Shown here: positions 23,969-38,643 of the stretch, piece after piece
Position numbering within the stretch: the first letter of the stretch is position 1
Layout: the number at the start of each line of letters is the position of its first letter
Made by a program: the position numbers and the translations under genes
The notes under the pieces: generated by a model
Told to the model about the DNA's origin: nothing
Database searches by the model: none
Seen by the model: only the letters and a program-made list of their open reading frames with translations
DNA from: Azolla caroliniana
Lineage: Eukaryota > Plantae > Polypodiophyta
Length of the DNA stretch: 64,000 nt
NCBI GenBank assembly: GCA_043228905.1
Contig: JBHGNT010000002.1
Coordinates: 21,328,001-21,392,000 of the forward strand
Direction of reading: 5' to 3'

Positions 23969-26900
23969 CCTCCCCCTCAAGTTTGGGATATCGAGCTATT
24001 GCACACCAAGTGCACCGGAAAATTGCCGCAAATTATCAAAGCCGAGGGGTTCAATGAAGATATCGGCCACCTGCCGATCCATTGGAACTAGCAGCAGTTC
24101 CACCTCACCGGAGAGAATGCGCTCTCGAACCAGATGGTAGTGCACCTCGATGTGCTTTGTCCGGGCGTGAAAGACGAGGTTCTTGGCCAATTGGATGTTG
24201 CTGAGGTTGTCAAATCAAACACCTCCACACGCAGATCCTTCAGGAGCCTCTTGAGCCATAGGGCTTCGCATGTGGCGACAACCGCTCCTCGGTACTTGGC
24301 CTTTGTGCTCGACAGTGCTACTATCAGCTTCTTCTTGCTACTCCAGGCGACCACGACACTTCCAAGTGAAAACGCATATCTGGCCCAATCGGCATCTGTG
24401 CAGATCACTTCGATCACAAGGACGTAATGAAGGTATTCTAGATCCTTCATCTCAAATGATACCGCGAGCTGGGATTTGACGCGGCCGATTTCGTCCAAGT
24501 CAGAACCGACGATGACAAGATCATCCACATAGAGCAATATGCTCACCGGCCCATTCTAACCTTGCCGAATGAAAAGTGAATAGTCTGATTTCGACGGAGG
24601 AAACCCCATTCGATGCAGTCTCTACGTGATCTTCGCGTTCTAGTCGGGCAGGGCTTGCTTAAGTCCGTAGAGGGACTTCTTCAATCGGCACACAGCTGAT
24701 ATGTTCATCCCGAACTGAAATCCTGGGGTTGAACCATATACACCTGCTCTTGATTATCACCTTGCAGGAACGTGTTCTTTATATCCATCTGATGTAGATG
24801 CCACACCTTTGACACGGCCACCGTAAGCAAGACACAGATGGTCGTCATCTTTGCGACCGACATGAACGTCTCATCGTAGTTGATGTCGTGCTACTGCGCA
24901 TAGCCTTTGGCCACTACCCAGGCCTTGTACCGGTTGATAGAGCCATTGGTGTTGTATTTGACCTTGTATACCCACCGGCAACCAATCCACTTCATTCCAT
25001 TCGGTACGTCCACTAAATCCCATGTCACATTTTCCTTGAGTGCGTGCATCTCTTCCTCCATGGCCTTCTGCCAGTTCGGATCTCTAGCCGCTTCTACATA
25101 GCTCTCCGGCTCACGCACGGCTGCCACCTTCATCATGTACGCATAATGATGCGCCATATACTCATTGTACACCTACCTCTTTACGGGGTTTTCCTAGCGG
25201 GTGGATTGGCGCAATTCCTGATTTGCCGATTTCGTGGCCTCCTTGGCCGATTCCAACCTCTTCCTCGGAGGTGCCTGTTCGGTTCTGTCGGAGTCGGATT
25301 CGCTCTGATCCGACTTGGCTCGGCTGGTATCTCCTCGGTTTCTTGCGCGGGGAGAGCACAACCGAGTCTTCACTACTCTCCGGCTCATCATCCGGTTGAC
25401 CGCTCTGGCTCAACCAGTACGGGTTCGGTCCACTCATTCAGAGAGAAGTCGGATTATCCGGCTATCCGGATTCCGCGACGCTTCTCTCTGGTCTGGATTC
25501 CACCGGATTATCAACCGCAATAAGCTCGGGCTCGAGTGGAGAGAAGTACTAAGATGTTGATTCATCAAAAACGACATCTCAGCTAACTCAGACCACTTTC
25601 GGTCGGGGGTTATAACACTTATAACCCCTCCGTTCATGCCAATAGCCGACGAGAATGTACTTTTCGGCCTTCGCGTCTAACTTCCTCCGTTTTTCTTATG
25701 GTACATGCACATATGCAATGCTATTGAACACCCAAAGGTGTGCCAAATTTGGCTTCCGCTCGAGGTAGAGTTCGTGCAGAGACACCTTTACCCCCTAAGG
25801 CAAATATTCGATTCTAGATGTAGACCGCTATCCAAATCTCTTAGGCCCAATAAATTTTGGGCATGCTTTTCTCCTCAAGCATCGCCCTTGCCACTTCTAT
25901 CAACATCCTGTTGCGACACTCTAGATGTAGACCGCTATCCAAATCGCTTAGGCTACGTCATTTTGCTCCAACATGCATCATCGAGAGAATTCCCTTCGTC
26001 TGCAGATGACACGTGTACTGGCCGGAAAAGTACTCTTTTCCGCCATCTGATCTCAGACACTTGATCTTTCTTCCGGTCTGGCATTCGACAAGGTTTTTCA
26101 AATCCCAGAAACACAAGAAGACTTCTCTTTTCTTCTCGATTAGATAGATCTAAGTGTGATGGGTGAAATTGTCGATGAAGGAGACGAAATACCGACTCTC
26201 GCCGATGTTCACATTCTGTGCCGGTCCCCACACATCCGAATGGATGAGATCAAGCCGGTTCCGGCTTCAATTCTTCTAATTGGGGAATGGAAGCCTATGT
26301 TGCTTCCCGAGCTGGCAAGCTTCACAGATTTGGCCTTTCCGGCCACTAAACTTCAACAGTTCGGAAACTATGTGTTCTGATTGCAACTCTTGAAGCTTCC
26401 GGAAATTGATGTGGCCGATCCACTTGTGCCACAGGTCGATGTCCCACTCGACCTTCTACCTTTCACGAACATAGCGGTGCCGACATCATTCATTTCGAGG
26501 ATAAACATCCTCCCATCTTGGCGCCCTTGCGCAATGACTTTGCCCTCTTCTTCGATGAAGCACTCGAGATGTGTGAACTGGACCTGCATCCCTTGGTCGA
26601 CAATTTGTCCAACTGACACAACATTTTTTGTGATTGTCGGGATGTGCAGGAAGTTTATCAGCTTTCCCTTTTGCCTGACATGGCTGAGAGGGACCTCACG
26701 GATGTGCTCGATGGTATGAGGAGTGTCCTCTCCAGTTTCGACAACTCTCGGTTGCTCCGATTTTTCGAGGAATGAAAACCACTCTTCATGGCTCATCATA
26801 TGGTTTGATGCTCCGGAGTTAACATACCACACTTCCTTCGAACCGGAAGTGATCTTCTTCATCCAATTAGCCTTGTGTTTCATCTCAAAGATTGTGCCTA

Positions 26901-28329
26901 TTCCATTTCCGGAAATCAATCCTTCTGGTCCCTCTATGTAGTGGGAGCTTTGCCAACTTCCCCGTTTGGCTTTGCCGAATCTGGTTTGTCCGAATCGGCT
27001 CGCTTTTTCCATCACTCGCCCTCTTTGTGGCCCTTCCGGCCACAGTACCAACATTTCGTTCTGGTCTTCTCTTGCCGGTTTCCGACGCTGCTTTGACTCC
27101 CCCTTGTTCTAGAGGGTCCGGAACTGTTGTCAGCACCATCATTGTGCCTTCGGTTTTGCTCTTGCCGATGGCTTCCCTCGCGTGCCGATCCGCCTCGTCC
27201 GCCACGACCATGGGGCCGATTCGCCTCTGTGTACAACATCCTATTGTCGTCGTGCAGGCTTGTTGACGCACCCACGTGGTTCTCCTTTACTAGGAGCATC
27301 GACTGTAAGTCGAAAAATGAGGGCGTATTCTCCCTTGTACATACCACCATCCGAAATGCTCCGAACGAGGCCTCCGAGACCAACCTACACCATCTCATCT
27401 TCACCAACGGTCACATTAATAGAGGCAAGTGAGTCACAGATGTCTTTGATCCGAGCCGTACAGTCGGCCACCGACATATCCTTCTGTTAGACATTCCTCA
27501 ACTCTTGTCGGAGTTGTAGCTTCCGGGCCGTGGTGCTTGCGGCAAAGACCTTCTTCAGGTTTCCCCAAGCTTCCTTCGGTGTCTTGGTGTCCCAGATATG
27601 GTTCAACACCTGATCGCCGACATTGGATGCAAAACAGTACATAACTCTGCTTGCCGCTTGTTCCCAAGTCGGGAAGTCCCTCTGTGCCACATCATGTGTC
27701 GTATCATTAGCTTTGTCAACATAACTCCAGTAACCATGCCCAAGCAGGTACTGGTGCATCTTGTACCACCATGTCGAGCTTCTCCGTCGGGAGTTAGCTG
27801 GCCATTCCTCGGTCCATTCTCTCTTTTCTGTTCTTTACTGAGTGTTAGGGTTTGTCTTTAGAAAATGCTTGACGGTTGCAGAGGTTCTCAACCCTCGCGC
27901 TCTAATACCATTTAAAATAATACGATTGCAGGAGCTTTGACAAACCAGTTTAACCGGATAGCAACAGAATAAAGGCATAGGTTTAACTGAAATAATACAA
28001 AACACAGACAAAGAGTGGGAGAGACAGAGGGAGCAACATAGCATAAACTTGATTCAAAATAATAACACTCTGTACATGGAATGTGCTAAGAGAGCACTTT
28101 TATACAAGTCCTTACGAAGTGACAAAAGACTGACAAGTACTTCAATGCTCATACGAGTGACTGACACTAACTCCCAAAAATATGCCTACGTACGGCTAGA
28201 TCTGTAGGCCTCTAACGTCCTACCGGTTATAGTCTGATCCGGCTCCTAGTTCCAGATACCGATCCGGACACCGATCCGGCTCTATCTTATTCAGCCAATC
28301 CGGATCCGGTTGAGCTTGCCTGCTGAACA
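23969..28329 (-). mobile_element. Ty1/copia element (5' LTR 27911-28329, PBS, gag-PR-INT-RT-RH), 3' LTR absent, decayed
   Basis: The minus-strand LTR begins TGTTCAGC at 28329. PBS tggtattagagc at 27899-27910. Gag MHQYLLGHGYW, RT LYVDDL, RNase H FHARTKHIEVHYH..ADIF. Purine tract cttgagggggagg at 23969-23981. Confidence 0.9.
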
Positions 28330-28873
28330 GATAGCGAAGAAAGAGTTCCATGACGGCATTGTTGATCTCATAAAAAGGAAGAGGCTGTCAACAAAGCCGA
28401 AGGTCGAGAAGTCGGTCGAAGTGAGGACAGCCCTGGTCGATGAGATGGTAGTAGAAGAGGAATACACTGAAAGCCACAACATGAGGCTGCACTAGGCAAG
28501 AGCTACCATGGAGAGACTGATCCAAATCGGGGATGTGAAGGAGTCAATGGTGGCACTGATCGACAACGGATTGGAAATCAATCTGATGTTGAGGGACTTC
28601 TACAATAAGAGAAAGTGGTTGATCAACACGAAGCATGGTTGGAAGATACGTGTGGTGACCCGCGCTACCAAAGAGCTTCATGGTGCATGCCCGAACATTC
28701 GAGTGAAGGTTGGGGATGTCGAGATCGACCAACACTTCTTTGTGCAGGAGACGTCTTCCCATCTAGTGATTCACGAGGAACCTTACATCCAGTGATTTGG
28801 GGATGGAATCGAAGGTGTTGGACAAGGGTTCAGCCTATGCAAGGGTAAAGAGTCATGACGGTAAGCACTCCGT

Positions 28874-29257
28874 TGTCACGAACAAGTAGAAGAGGCTCAA
28901 TACTAAGAGAGTGAGAGAGAGATCATAGACAAGATAATAAGAAAGAGAGAGAGAAAGTAGTCAAGAGAACAAGAAATGAATTATGATTCCGTAACTGGTG
29001 TTGTTCACCTTTACTAAGGCCAAGGTGTTGTATATATACATGTTTATGGGCTCTAAATGTGGCCTCATGCAAAGATTCATTTTCATGCACAAGCTTCTAG
29101 AATGTTCTAGCTTCTAGAGCTTTCTCAAAGCTTCTAAAATCCTACATGTAGAATAGATAATCTACAATAATCTAGTAAGGTAACATGATTATGTATTGGA
29201 TGTATTGGTTAAAACATATCAACTAAATACAATAGGTCAAGAGTTCAAATCATGACA
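28874..29257 (-). mobile_element. Chromovirus-type solo or partial LTR inserted in the gypsy element
   Basis: TGTCAC...TGACA termini, with ttctaga repeats like the LTRs at 38260 and 43513. TSD not preserved. Confidence 0.7.
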
Positions 29258-32200
29258 TAATTGTTTGGTCGAACCACAAAAGGAATCAAGATTCTCTCGG
29301 TAGCGAGAGCCGAGAGGATTTTTAGAAAAGACTATGAAGGTGTGGGGCCGTGATAGTCTGGACAACCAGAAGAAACCCCACATTTGTACCATAGGTAGGA
29401 TATTTTGGCCCTCTGTTAATGGAGGTTGTACCATAACCGGTGTCAGTGGCCAAGAGAAGAAGTAATTTAAAGGCGTGTGGCACCTTGGACTCCAAGGACC
29501 AGATCAATGGCGCCAAGGAGGCGGTCTCATTCGACGACACTCTCAAGGAGATCGAGAAGATAGACGAAGAGGATCTCAGCAATACCGGACCCTTCCAGTA
29601 AATTACGCCAAGATGTACGAAGTCATCACGGACTTCGGAAAGATGATCAGGTCGGATTGGACCGCCCGAGTAGACACCAAGTACAAGATTGTGGACACTC
29701 GCATCTCCCTTGCCGGAGGACAGCTGGGAGCGAATGAAAGGGGTTGCGGCCGATCCAAGTTTACGAGATCCGGCCGACATAGGACATTGGTTCACCGATG
29801 AGACGTTGTGGAAGCTCAAGATCGGTGGGGGTGGCTTCCTACTGCCCGAGGATGAGGACCGGTTTCGGAGGATGCTCGAAAGGCACGGGAAAGCCTTGGC
29901 ATTCTCACCAAGGGAGAGATCGAGTGAGTCGACCCAACGATCGTAGAGCCAATGGTAATCTTCATGGTACCGCATGTACCGTGGAATCTCAGACCAATTC
30001 TTGTGCCAAGAGCTCACATCCTGAAGTTGATGGAGCTGCTTAAGTAAAAGGTCAATATGGGTATCCTCGAACCGTCGAGTGCCCCATACACGAATCAGTG
30101 GTTTACGGTGCCGAAGAAGAATGACACACTGCTCTTCATCCAGGACCTACAACCGATCAACAAGGTGACCATTCAAAATGCAGGGTTGGTCTGACGATAG
30201 ATGACTTCGCAGAGGCCTTCGTGAAGAGGTCTATCTATTTGGTCGGAGACTTATACTCTGGGTACAACCAGTTCCAGCTAGCTATGGAGAGTAGGGATAT
30301 CACGACGATGCGAACCCCTCTCAGCCTACTTCAGATGTGCACCCTGCTACAAGGAGGGACCAACATGGTGGCACACATGGTGAATACGATGAACAAAGTA
30401 TTGAGGGATCGCATCCTAGAGATCACCATGCCGTTTCTGGATGACATCCCAATCAAGGGATGTCTAGAGGACGCAAAGGACGAATCGATTAGGGCAGACG
30501 GATGCCGAAAGTTTGTCGCGGACCACATCACTGATTGCGAGAAGATACAACAAAGGCTTGAGGGCACTTGGCTTACCTTCTCTGGGGAGAAATCGGCTTT
30601 CGGACAATCGGAGATCCTGGTGGTCGGGCACCTATGCGAACCATACAGCTGGATTCCCCACTACGAGCACATCGTCGAGCCACTCTACGGGTTGCTGAAG
30701 AAGGGTCGGAAATTCGAATGGAGCAAAGAGCACACGGAGGCGGTCTGGAGACTAAAGGAGATATTGACAGCGGCATCAGCTCTCCGGAAAGCAGTATACA
30801 AGCATGACACTCCGGTTTACATAACGAGTCCAACCTGAAGGCACATAGTTCCCCATCCGGTTTGGTGCGAAGGTGTTGAGCGAGCAGCAATGAGAATACG
30901 CCCAGGTTAAACGCGAACTCTAGGGTATCGTTTCAGCGGTCAAGGCCAATAAAGACTACTTGATCGGGACAAAAGTGATAATCGAGACAGACTGCCTACC
31001 ATTTCTCGGTATGGTTTCCGAACCTGGCAATGCTCAACTGGATCGCGTACATCAAGTTTCTGAATCCAGAGATACGACACATCTCCAAAAAGGACAACAC
31101 CATGGCTTATATGCTCTCAAGAGCATGCTTCGAGAACGAGGACGACATGGTGTCGGAAGACGAAGAGGTCGTCATGGACTTCTTCAAGTCGACTAGATTG
31201 TCGGCGAACAAGCGGAGCACTCAAGCCCTGAATGAGTTCGACGAGAACAACTACGACGGGGAGTGGCTCTAGATCGGTAAGTTCCTAAACACGTGGGGCC
31301 GGACACGGCATGGACGAAAGATGAAGCAAGCCGGATCCGGAAGAAGGCTTATCGGTTCTTCCTACAGAACGGTAAGATATGGAAGTACTCGAAGAGACGG
31401 ACTGGCACACCCCTTCGGCTGGTGACAAAGAAAGAAGAGCAGATGGTGGTCCTTTCGGAATTTCACAAAATCCCCTGGTCCGAACACCGGGGAACGTGGG
31501 CCACATTCAAGACGTTGAAGGAAAAGTACTAGTGGTCGGGGATGTATCGCGATGTGCATCACTTCGTGACAGCGTCTGAAAGCTGTCAGATGCATTTCGG
31601 GATCTGGCACCGCAACGAGCTACACCCGACCTACCCGCCAACCATTCACTTCAAGTGGATGGTCGACTTGGTGACGATGCCGATGGGGGTAGGGCAAATG
31701 TGGTACCTGGTGCTTGCAAGAGAAGATTTGATGAACCAGGTGGAGGGTCAGGCCCTAACGAACAAGACGACTACCGTGGTTTGTAGGTTCCTGATTGAGG
31801 ACGTGATCTGCTAGTATGGGTGCGTGGGAAAGATTGTAGCTGATCGAGGGGAGTTGGACACGCAAGAAGCTGAGGAGTTGTTTGACCGGCTAGAGGTCAA
31901 GCTTTCCCTCGTGAGGGCATACAATCTAGAGGTGAACGGGAAGGTCGAGCAAGGATATGGGCCGAGCATGCGATGGTCAAGTGGGAAACTATCTGAGGCT
32001 CCTACGTTACACAGTATGGGCCGACCGAACTACGCAGAGTTCGGTAACCGAGTACATGCCAACGAAACTTATGTTCGGGTAGAAACTGATCATGCCAGTG
32101 GAGCGGACAATCTCATCATGGATGGCGGTCGACTAAGCAGAGGAGATTAGCAGAGAGGAGCTATTGATGGCACCAATCCGACATCTCCAACTAAGGCCAG

Positions 32201-32422
32201 AGGATGTGGAACAAGCAAAGGAAAAAACTACAGATGGCGCGGAAGAAGAACAAGGATCAGTTCGATCGGACACACCAGCTCCAACCGAAGAAGATTGAGG
32301 AAGGCGATTGGGTGCTGTTCTACAACAACATTCTCGACAATCAAATCCACTAAACTCAAAAGTTTGTGCAGCGATGGTTCGGGCCTTACATGGTGACGAG
32401 CGCGAACGATAATGCAACCTGT

Positions 32423-32864
32423 TGTCATGATATGGCAAGACTCGAACCCATGACGTTATGGTATATAGGTCAGGCTCTTAACCATCACACCATCTATTGT
32501 AACTCATAGGATATTATTTTCATTTATGCTTTATTATAAGCAATTAATGTATATTCTAGATTTCTCTAGAACATTCTAGAAGCTTCAGGATTACTCCTGA
32601 GAACACTATAAAAGAAGGCACTAGACATTATGTTGAACCAAATTGGTTCAACGCCAATCTTAAGCCTCTTAGCCACTTTGTACTTATCCTTCACATGATA
32701 TATAACTGTTATCATCATCTCTCTCTCTCTCTCATCCTTGCTATCTCTCTCTCCTCTTCTCTCTCTCTCTCTCGGGAATCTTACGCAGTCCCGTCCTCTT
32801 AGTACTAATAGTACTTCTCTTCTTTAGTACTAATTCTCTCTCTGCTTTAGTACTATTCCTAACA
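32423..32864 (+). mobile_element. Chromovirus-type solo LTR inserted in the gypsy integrase tail
   Basis: TGTCATG...TAACA termini, ttctaga repeats and a TATA. The host frame NDNAT|YHL resumes after it. Flanks cctgt / cctac. Confidence 0.75.
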
Positions 32865-33084
32865 CCTACCACCTTGTGAACCTCAATAGGACAAGGATAG
32901 TGGTACCGGTTGCGGGGAAACGGATAAAGGCCTCCAAGAAACAACATGAAACGGAACTAGATCCAGAGATCGAACAAGGAAGCGTCGAGAAGGGTGAGGA
33001 CTCGGATGAGGACCGGACCGGCAACGGATCAGAGGACGAGGAATAGAATAGTCGGAACCCCCACCGCTTCACTACAAAAAAAGT

Positions 33085-33185
33085 GCAATCTTGGTAAATC
33101 AATCCACTACTGTTAAAATAGTATCAAATCCTTTTGAAGATGGTAGATCTATAATGAAATCCATAGAAATAGAGTGTCATGGTTG
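33085..33185 (-). mobile_element. ~100-bp chromovirus integrase fragment
   Basis: Matches 39680-39770 (atccactactgttaaaatagtatcaaa..aatgaaatccatagaaataga). Confidence 0.65.
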
Positions 33186-35486
33186 TGTTGAGCGGACAAG
33201 CTCAACCGGGTCCGGATCGGCTGAATAAGAGCCGGATCGGAGTCCGGAACGAAGAACTGGATCGGTATCCGGAACCAGGAGCCGCATTAGAGAGACAGAT
33301 CGGATTGTAACCGGTAGGCCGTTAGAGGCCTATGAATCAAGCCCAGTACGTAGGCATATTTTTGGGAGTCTATGTCAGTCGCTCGTATGAGCATTGAAGT
33401 ACTTGTCAGTCCTTCTAAGGAATTGTATAAAAAGTGTTTAGTAGGAAATTTGTATGTACAAAGAATTATTATTTTGAATCGAGTTTATGTTGTTCTACTA
33501 TCTCTCTCTCTCTCACACGTATTCTTTGTGATTGAAGGCTACTTCAAACATGTCTGTATTCTGATGTTATCCGGCTGAGCTGGTTTTGTCTTAGCTTCCG
33601 CATTTTAACATTCACATGGTATTAGAGCGCGAGGGTTGAGAACCTCTACAAGTGTTTTTTTCTTAAGACAAACCCTAACACCCAGTAAAAAACAGACAAA
33701 AGGAGATATGGACATAAGCATTGCGAGGTCACTTCCTACAGAAAAGCTCGACCAAAGCAACTATTGAGCGGCAAGCTCAACTGGAGCCGGATCGGCTAGA
33801 GAAGCCTGAGCCGATGAGCAACCGAGCCGGCAAGCAACAGAGCTGGTGAGCTGGGGAGCCGGTTAGCCGGATCCAATCGGTAATCGGAAGCCTAGTATTA
33901 GTTTAGACTACTAGGCAGTTATAGTCTCGTAGTAAGTGTCAGATGCTCGTGTGAGCATTGAAGTACGCAGTACTTTTGTCAGTCCCACGAGGACTTGTAT
34001 AAATAGTGCTACTGAGCATAGTTGTATACACAGAGTGTTTATATTGTTTTGAATATAGCTTTTACGTCCTGCTCTCTTTGTCTCTCCCGTGTACTCTGTG
34101 TATTCTCTGCTTTCTCTGTTTTCTAACGCTTCCGCAAGTAATCGTTTGCATGGTATCAAAGCGTGAGGGTTGAGAACCTCTGCAGCAGACAAACGCTTGA
34201 AAGAAAACCCTAATAGGTTGTAAGAACAGCAGACAAAGAAGTGATGGATAGAGGAATGGCTAGCTCGCTCACTATGGAGAAACTCGACAGATCCAACTAC
34301 GCATCTTGGTCGTACAAGATGCACCAGTTCCTGCTTGGGCATGGCTACTGGAGTTTCGTCGAAGAAACCAACGAAACAGCACCCGATGCGGCACATAAGG
34401 ATTTCCCAGTGTGGGAACAATCGGCAAGTAGAGTGATGTACTGCTTCGTGTCCAGTGTCGAAGACCAGCTGTTGAGCCACATCCGAGATGCCAAGATGCC
34501 GAAGGAGGCTTGGGGAAACCTGAAGAAGGTTTTCGCCGCGAGCACTACAGCTCGGAAGCTGCAACTCCGACAGGAGTTGAGCAATGTCCGACAGAAGGAC
34601 ATGTCGGTGGCGGATTACATGGCCCAGATCAAAGAGATTTGACACTTGCTTGCCTCTATCAACGTTACTGTAGAGGAAGACGAGATGGTACAGGTCTGTC
34701 TTGGGGAACTAGCGTCTAAGTTCAGAGCGTTCCGAACGGCGGTATGTACAAGGGAGAATACACCGTCATTTTTCGACTTACATTCGATGCTCCTTGTAGA
34801 GGAGAACCACGTCGGTATGTCAACTAGCGCACCCATTGACATCCGGATGTTGTACACGGAAGCGGATCGGTCCTGTGGGCGTGGTGGACGAGGCGAGTCG
34901 GCACGCAATGGAGGCGGCCGGCAAGACCAGGAATAAAGGCACAGAGAACGTGCCGACAGTAGTTCCGGACCCTCCGAGAGCAAGGGGAGTCATGGCGGCA
35001 CTGGAACACATCAAGAGAAGACTGCAATGGAATGTTGGTACTGTGGCAAAAAGGGCCACAGAGAAAGCGAGTGCTGGAGAAAACGATTCGGACAAATCCG
35101 GATCCAGCAAGGCCGGCAAGGATGGTCAGCAAAGCTCGCACTACGCAAAGGGATCGGGAGGATCCAAGAACGGTAACGAGCCAGATTTGGTGATGAAGCA
35201 CGAGGCGAACTTGATGAAGAAGACCACTTCCAAATCGGAGGAAGTGTAGTATGTTGATTCCAGTGCGTCGAACCACATGACGAGCCACAAAGAGTGGTTC
35301 TCCTTTTTGGAGAAACCGGATCAACCAAGAGTAGTCGAAACCGGAGACAACACTCCTCACCCAATCGTCCACGTCAGAGAAGTCTCTTTGAGCCACGTTA
35401 GACAAAAGGGGAAGTTGATGAACGTATTACACGTTCTGACCATCATGAAGAACCTGGTGTCGGTCGGATAGATCGTCGACCAAGGG

Positions 35487-37940
35487 ATGCAGGTGCGGTT
35501 TACGCACCTTGGGTGCTTCATCGAGGAAGAGGGCCAGATTATTGCGCAAGGGTGCAGAGACGGGAGGATGTTTATCCTCGACACCAATGACGTCGGCACC
35601 GCTCTGTTTGCAAAAGGACAGAAGGTTGAATCAGACATCGACCTATGGCACAAGCGGATAGGCCACGTCAATTACCGGAGGCTTCAAGACCTGCAAACGA
35701 AACAAGTTGTTTTCGGTTTGCCGAAGTTCAGCAGTCGGAAGGCCCAAGTATGTGAAGGCTGCCAACTCAGGAAGCAACACCGGCTTCCATTCCCTACCGA
35801 ACGTAACCGGAGCCGTAACAAGCTCGACCTTATCCATTCGGATGTGTGGGGACCGGCACAAAATGTTAGTCTTGGCGGGAGTCGATATTTCGTCTCCTTC
35901 ATCGACGACTATAAGCGGCACACATGGATCTACCTCATTGAGCGGAAGAGTGAATTCTTCGAGTGTTTCCAGAGTCTCCAAAGCATGGTGGAAACGGAAT
36001 CTGAGAGGAAGATCAAATGCCTACGGTCAGATAGCGGAAAAGAATACTTTTCCGGCCAATTCAACAGTTATCTGCAGAAAAAGGGAATTCGGCGAGAGTT
36101 CAGCTGCAGATACACACCGCAACAGAATGGTGTTGCCGAAAGGAAGAACCGGTCGCTTATTGATGCAGCAAGGGGAATGCTGGAGGAGAAGAGCATGCCC
36201 AAATTCTACTGGGCGGAGGCAATCCGAACGGTTGTCTACATCCAGAACCGGATCGGTGACAAGGTGTTAGCTCACGAGCTGTATTTCGGGCACAAGCCGA
36301 ATTTGAGACACCTTAAGATCTTCGGTAGCATTGCATATGTTCATGTACCAGATGTGAAGCGGAGGAAGCTGGATGCAAAATCAGAAAAATGCATCGTAGT
36401 CGGCTATGCTCAAGAGCAAAAGGGTTATAAGTGTTATAACCCCCGGACAAAGCAGGTCCGAGTTAGTCAAGATGTCGAGTTCGATGAATCGGCATCGTGG
36501 TACTCCTTACCGACTCCGACTTCCAAATCCAACCCGATGCCCGAGGATGAGGCTAGTGAGCCTGAACCGGCCCAGGTAGATGATGATGAAGCGTGGATTC
36601 AGGATGAGAGTCCGGAATCATTTCGGTTGAGCGGGCTGAACGAGAGCCTGAGTCAATCTGACCAGTCCGATGAGGAACTGGCGAGTAGTGGAGACTCTGT
36701 CGTGCTCTCCCCGCGCAAGGAACCGAGGAGACGGTTCACACACAAAGAGAAAGGGAAGAAAAAGATGTCGGAATTCGAAACCGGTAACAATGAGTCAGAT
36801 CGGTGTGCATCCAACTCCGACAAGGAGAAAGGCGGATCTTCGGCAACGAAGACCGAACCGGCCAAGAAGGGCCTCAAACCGGGTAACGGTGAGTTACGCC
36901 GGTCCACCCGCCAGAAGGATCCTGTCAAGCGGTACGGGTACAATGAGTACATGGTGCATCACTATGCGTACATGATTAAGGTGGTGGAAGTGCGTGAGCC
37001 GGAGAGCTACGCAGAAGCGGCAAAGGACGTAAATTGGCATGCCACTATGGAGGAAGAAATGCGGGCACTTGATGTCAACGAGACATGGGACCTAGTTGAC
37101 CCTCCTCGTCACTGTAAACCGATCGGATGCAAGTGGGTGTACAAGGTAAAGTACAACGGCAATGGTTTAGTTAACCGGTACAAGGCCCGGTTAGTGGCGA
37201 AGGGATACGCGCAGACCCACGAAATCGACTACGACGAGACCTTCGCTTCGGTAGCGAAGATGACGATGGTTCGTGTGGTGCTGGCGGTTGCTATAGCAAG
37301 GGGGTGGCATCTTCACCAGATGGATGTGAAGAATGTGTTTCTTCAAGGTGATCTTGAAGAAGACGTCTTTATGACTCAGCCCCCCGGTTTTCAATCGGAG
37401 ATGAACAAGTCGACGGTATGCCGGCTGAAGAAGTCGTTGTACAGCCTGAAGCAAGCCCCTCGAGCTTGGAATGCGAAGATCACGCACCGGTTGCGTAAGA
37501 TGGGGTTTGCGGCCTCCAAGTCCGACTCTTCGTTGTTCATCTGGCAAGGCTCAGCCGGTCTGGTATGTATCCTGTTGTATGTTGATGATTTAGTCATCAC
37601 CGGACCAGGTCTTCCAGAAGTCAACCGCGTCAAGTCCCAATTGTCGAATGCATTTGAGATGAAGGACTTGGGGGACCTTCATTATTTTCTTGGGATTGAG
37701 GTGATCCGAACCCACGACGGTATATTGCTCTCACAACGACATTACGTCTTGAATATGTTGTACAAGTTCGGCATGACAGAATGCCGACCTGTCTCCACAC
37801 CCTTGGACCAGAACCAGAAGCTTCGTCCCAACTCCGGACCAGCCTGCAACGAGAAACGGTTCCAACAAATTGTCGGAAGCCTTATTTACTTGACTATCAC
37901 ACGACCCGACATCAGCTATCCGGTCGGCATCATAAGATAG
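35487..37940 (+). pseudogene. Copia pol (integrase plus reverse transcriptase) open segment, 817 aa
   Basis: HSDVWGP, LRSDSGKEY, QQNGVAERKNR, YKARLVAKGY, QMDVKNVFL, LYVDDL. Bounded by premature stops. Confidence 0.9.
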
Positions 37941-38643
37941 TTCATGCAGAAGCCGACCGTGGAGCACCTTCAGTGTGCGCAGCGGATACTACGATATGTA
38001 AGCAACCGACCGAGATACAGAGTCGAATGAAGAATTCGACTTCGGTGAACCAGCTAAAGAAGTCGAGGATGGAAGCAAGGCCAAGACCTAGAGTGGTCTG
38101 ATGTGGTGAAGGGCCTTAAACCGAAAGACGAGTCGGAGGATACCGACTCAGACAAGAGCTGGAACAAATCGGAGACAGCCGATTCGGATCAACAGACGGA
38201 TCCAGATGAACCAAATCAACTAGAGGCCAAGCAGACACGGATACAGCGGAAGTCGATGCTGTCAGAACCAAGGATAAAAGATAGAGTGATGGAAGAAGGA
38301 TAGAGAAGAATGGATGTATAAGATAGAGAAAGAAAGAGAATGGATACAAGATATGTAATGAGAGCTAAAGACTGGTGTTGATTCGAATTGATTTGAGAAT
38401 ACATGTATGCGCTTATTTATAGGTTCCTACAGAATAGCTTTAGAGATTTCTAGAATGTTCTAGACCTAGAATGCTCTAGGACATTCTAGAACATTCTAGA
38501 ATAATCTAGAGTTTTTACAATAATCAATGTAATACAAGAAATAGCTTTTATTGTTTTATATAACAATAAGCTATCTTAATGGTTGAGGTTTTCAAGTATG
38601 AATTATAAGGTTCGAGGTTCAAGTCCGGGTGACGCCATAATGG

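Larger units (their letters stand above)
21947..33080 (+). mobile_element. Ty3/gypsy retrotransposon (5' LTR from 21947, gag, PR, RT, RNase H, INT), decayed and interrupted by three insertions
   Basis: TGTCATG start. Gag GRFNGKDVTNYL (22909-). PR ALIDNGLEINLM (28508-). RT DLYSGYNQ..PFLDDIPIKG (30221-). RNase H IETDCLP. INT CQMH..WMVDLV..VADRGE. Many stops and frameshifts. Confidence 0.85.

Noticed and set aside
25813-25952. ~30-bp direct repeat tctagatgtagaccgctatccaaatc inside the copia integrase
   Set aside because: Local rearrangement or filler DNA in a decayed element, with no sign of function.
33911-37967. Numerous antisense and alternate-frame ORFs over the retrotransposons
   Set aside because: Shadow ORFs of GC-richer TE coding sequence with no recognisable domains.
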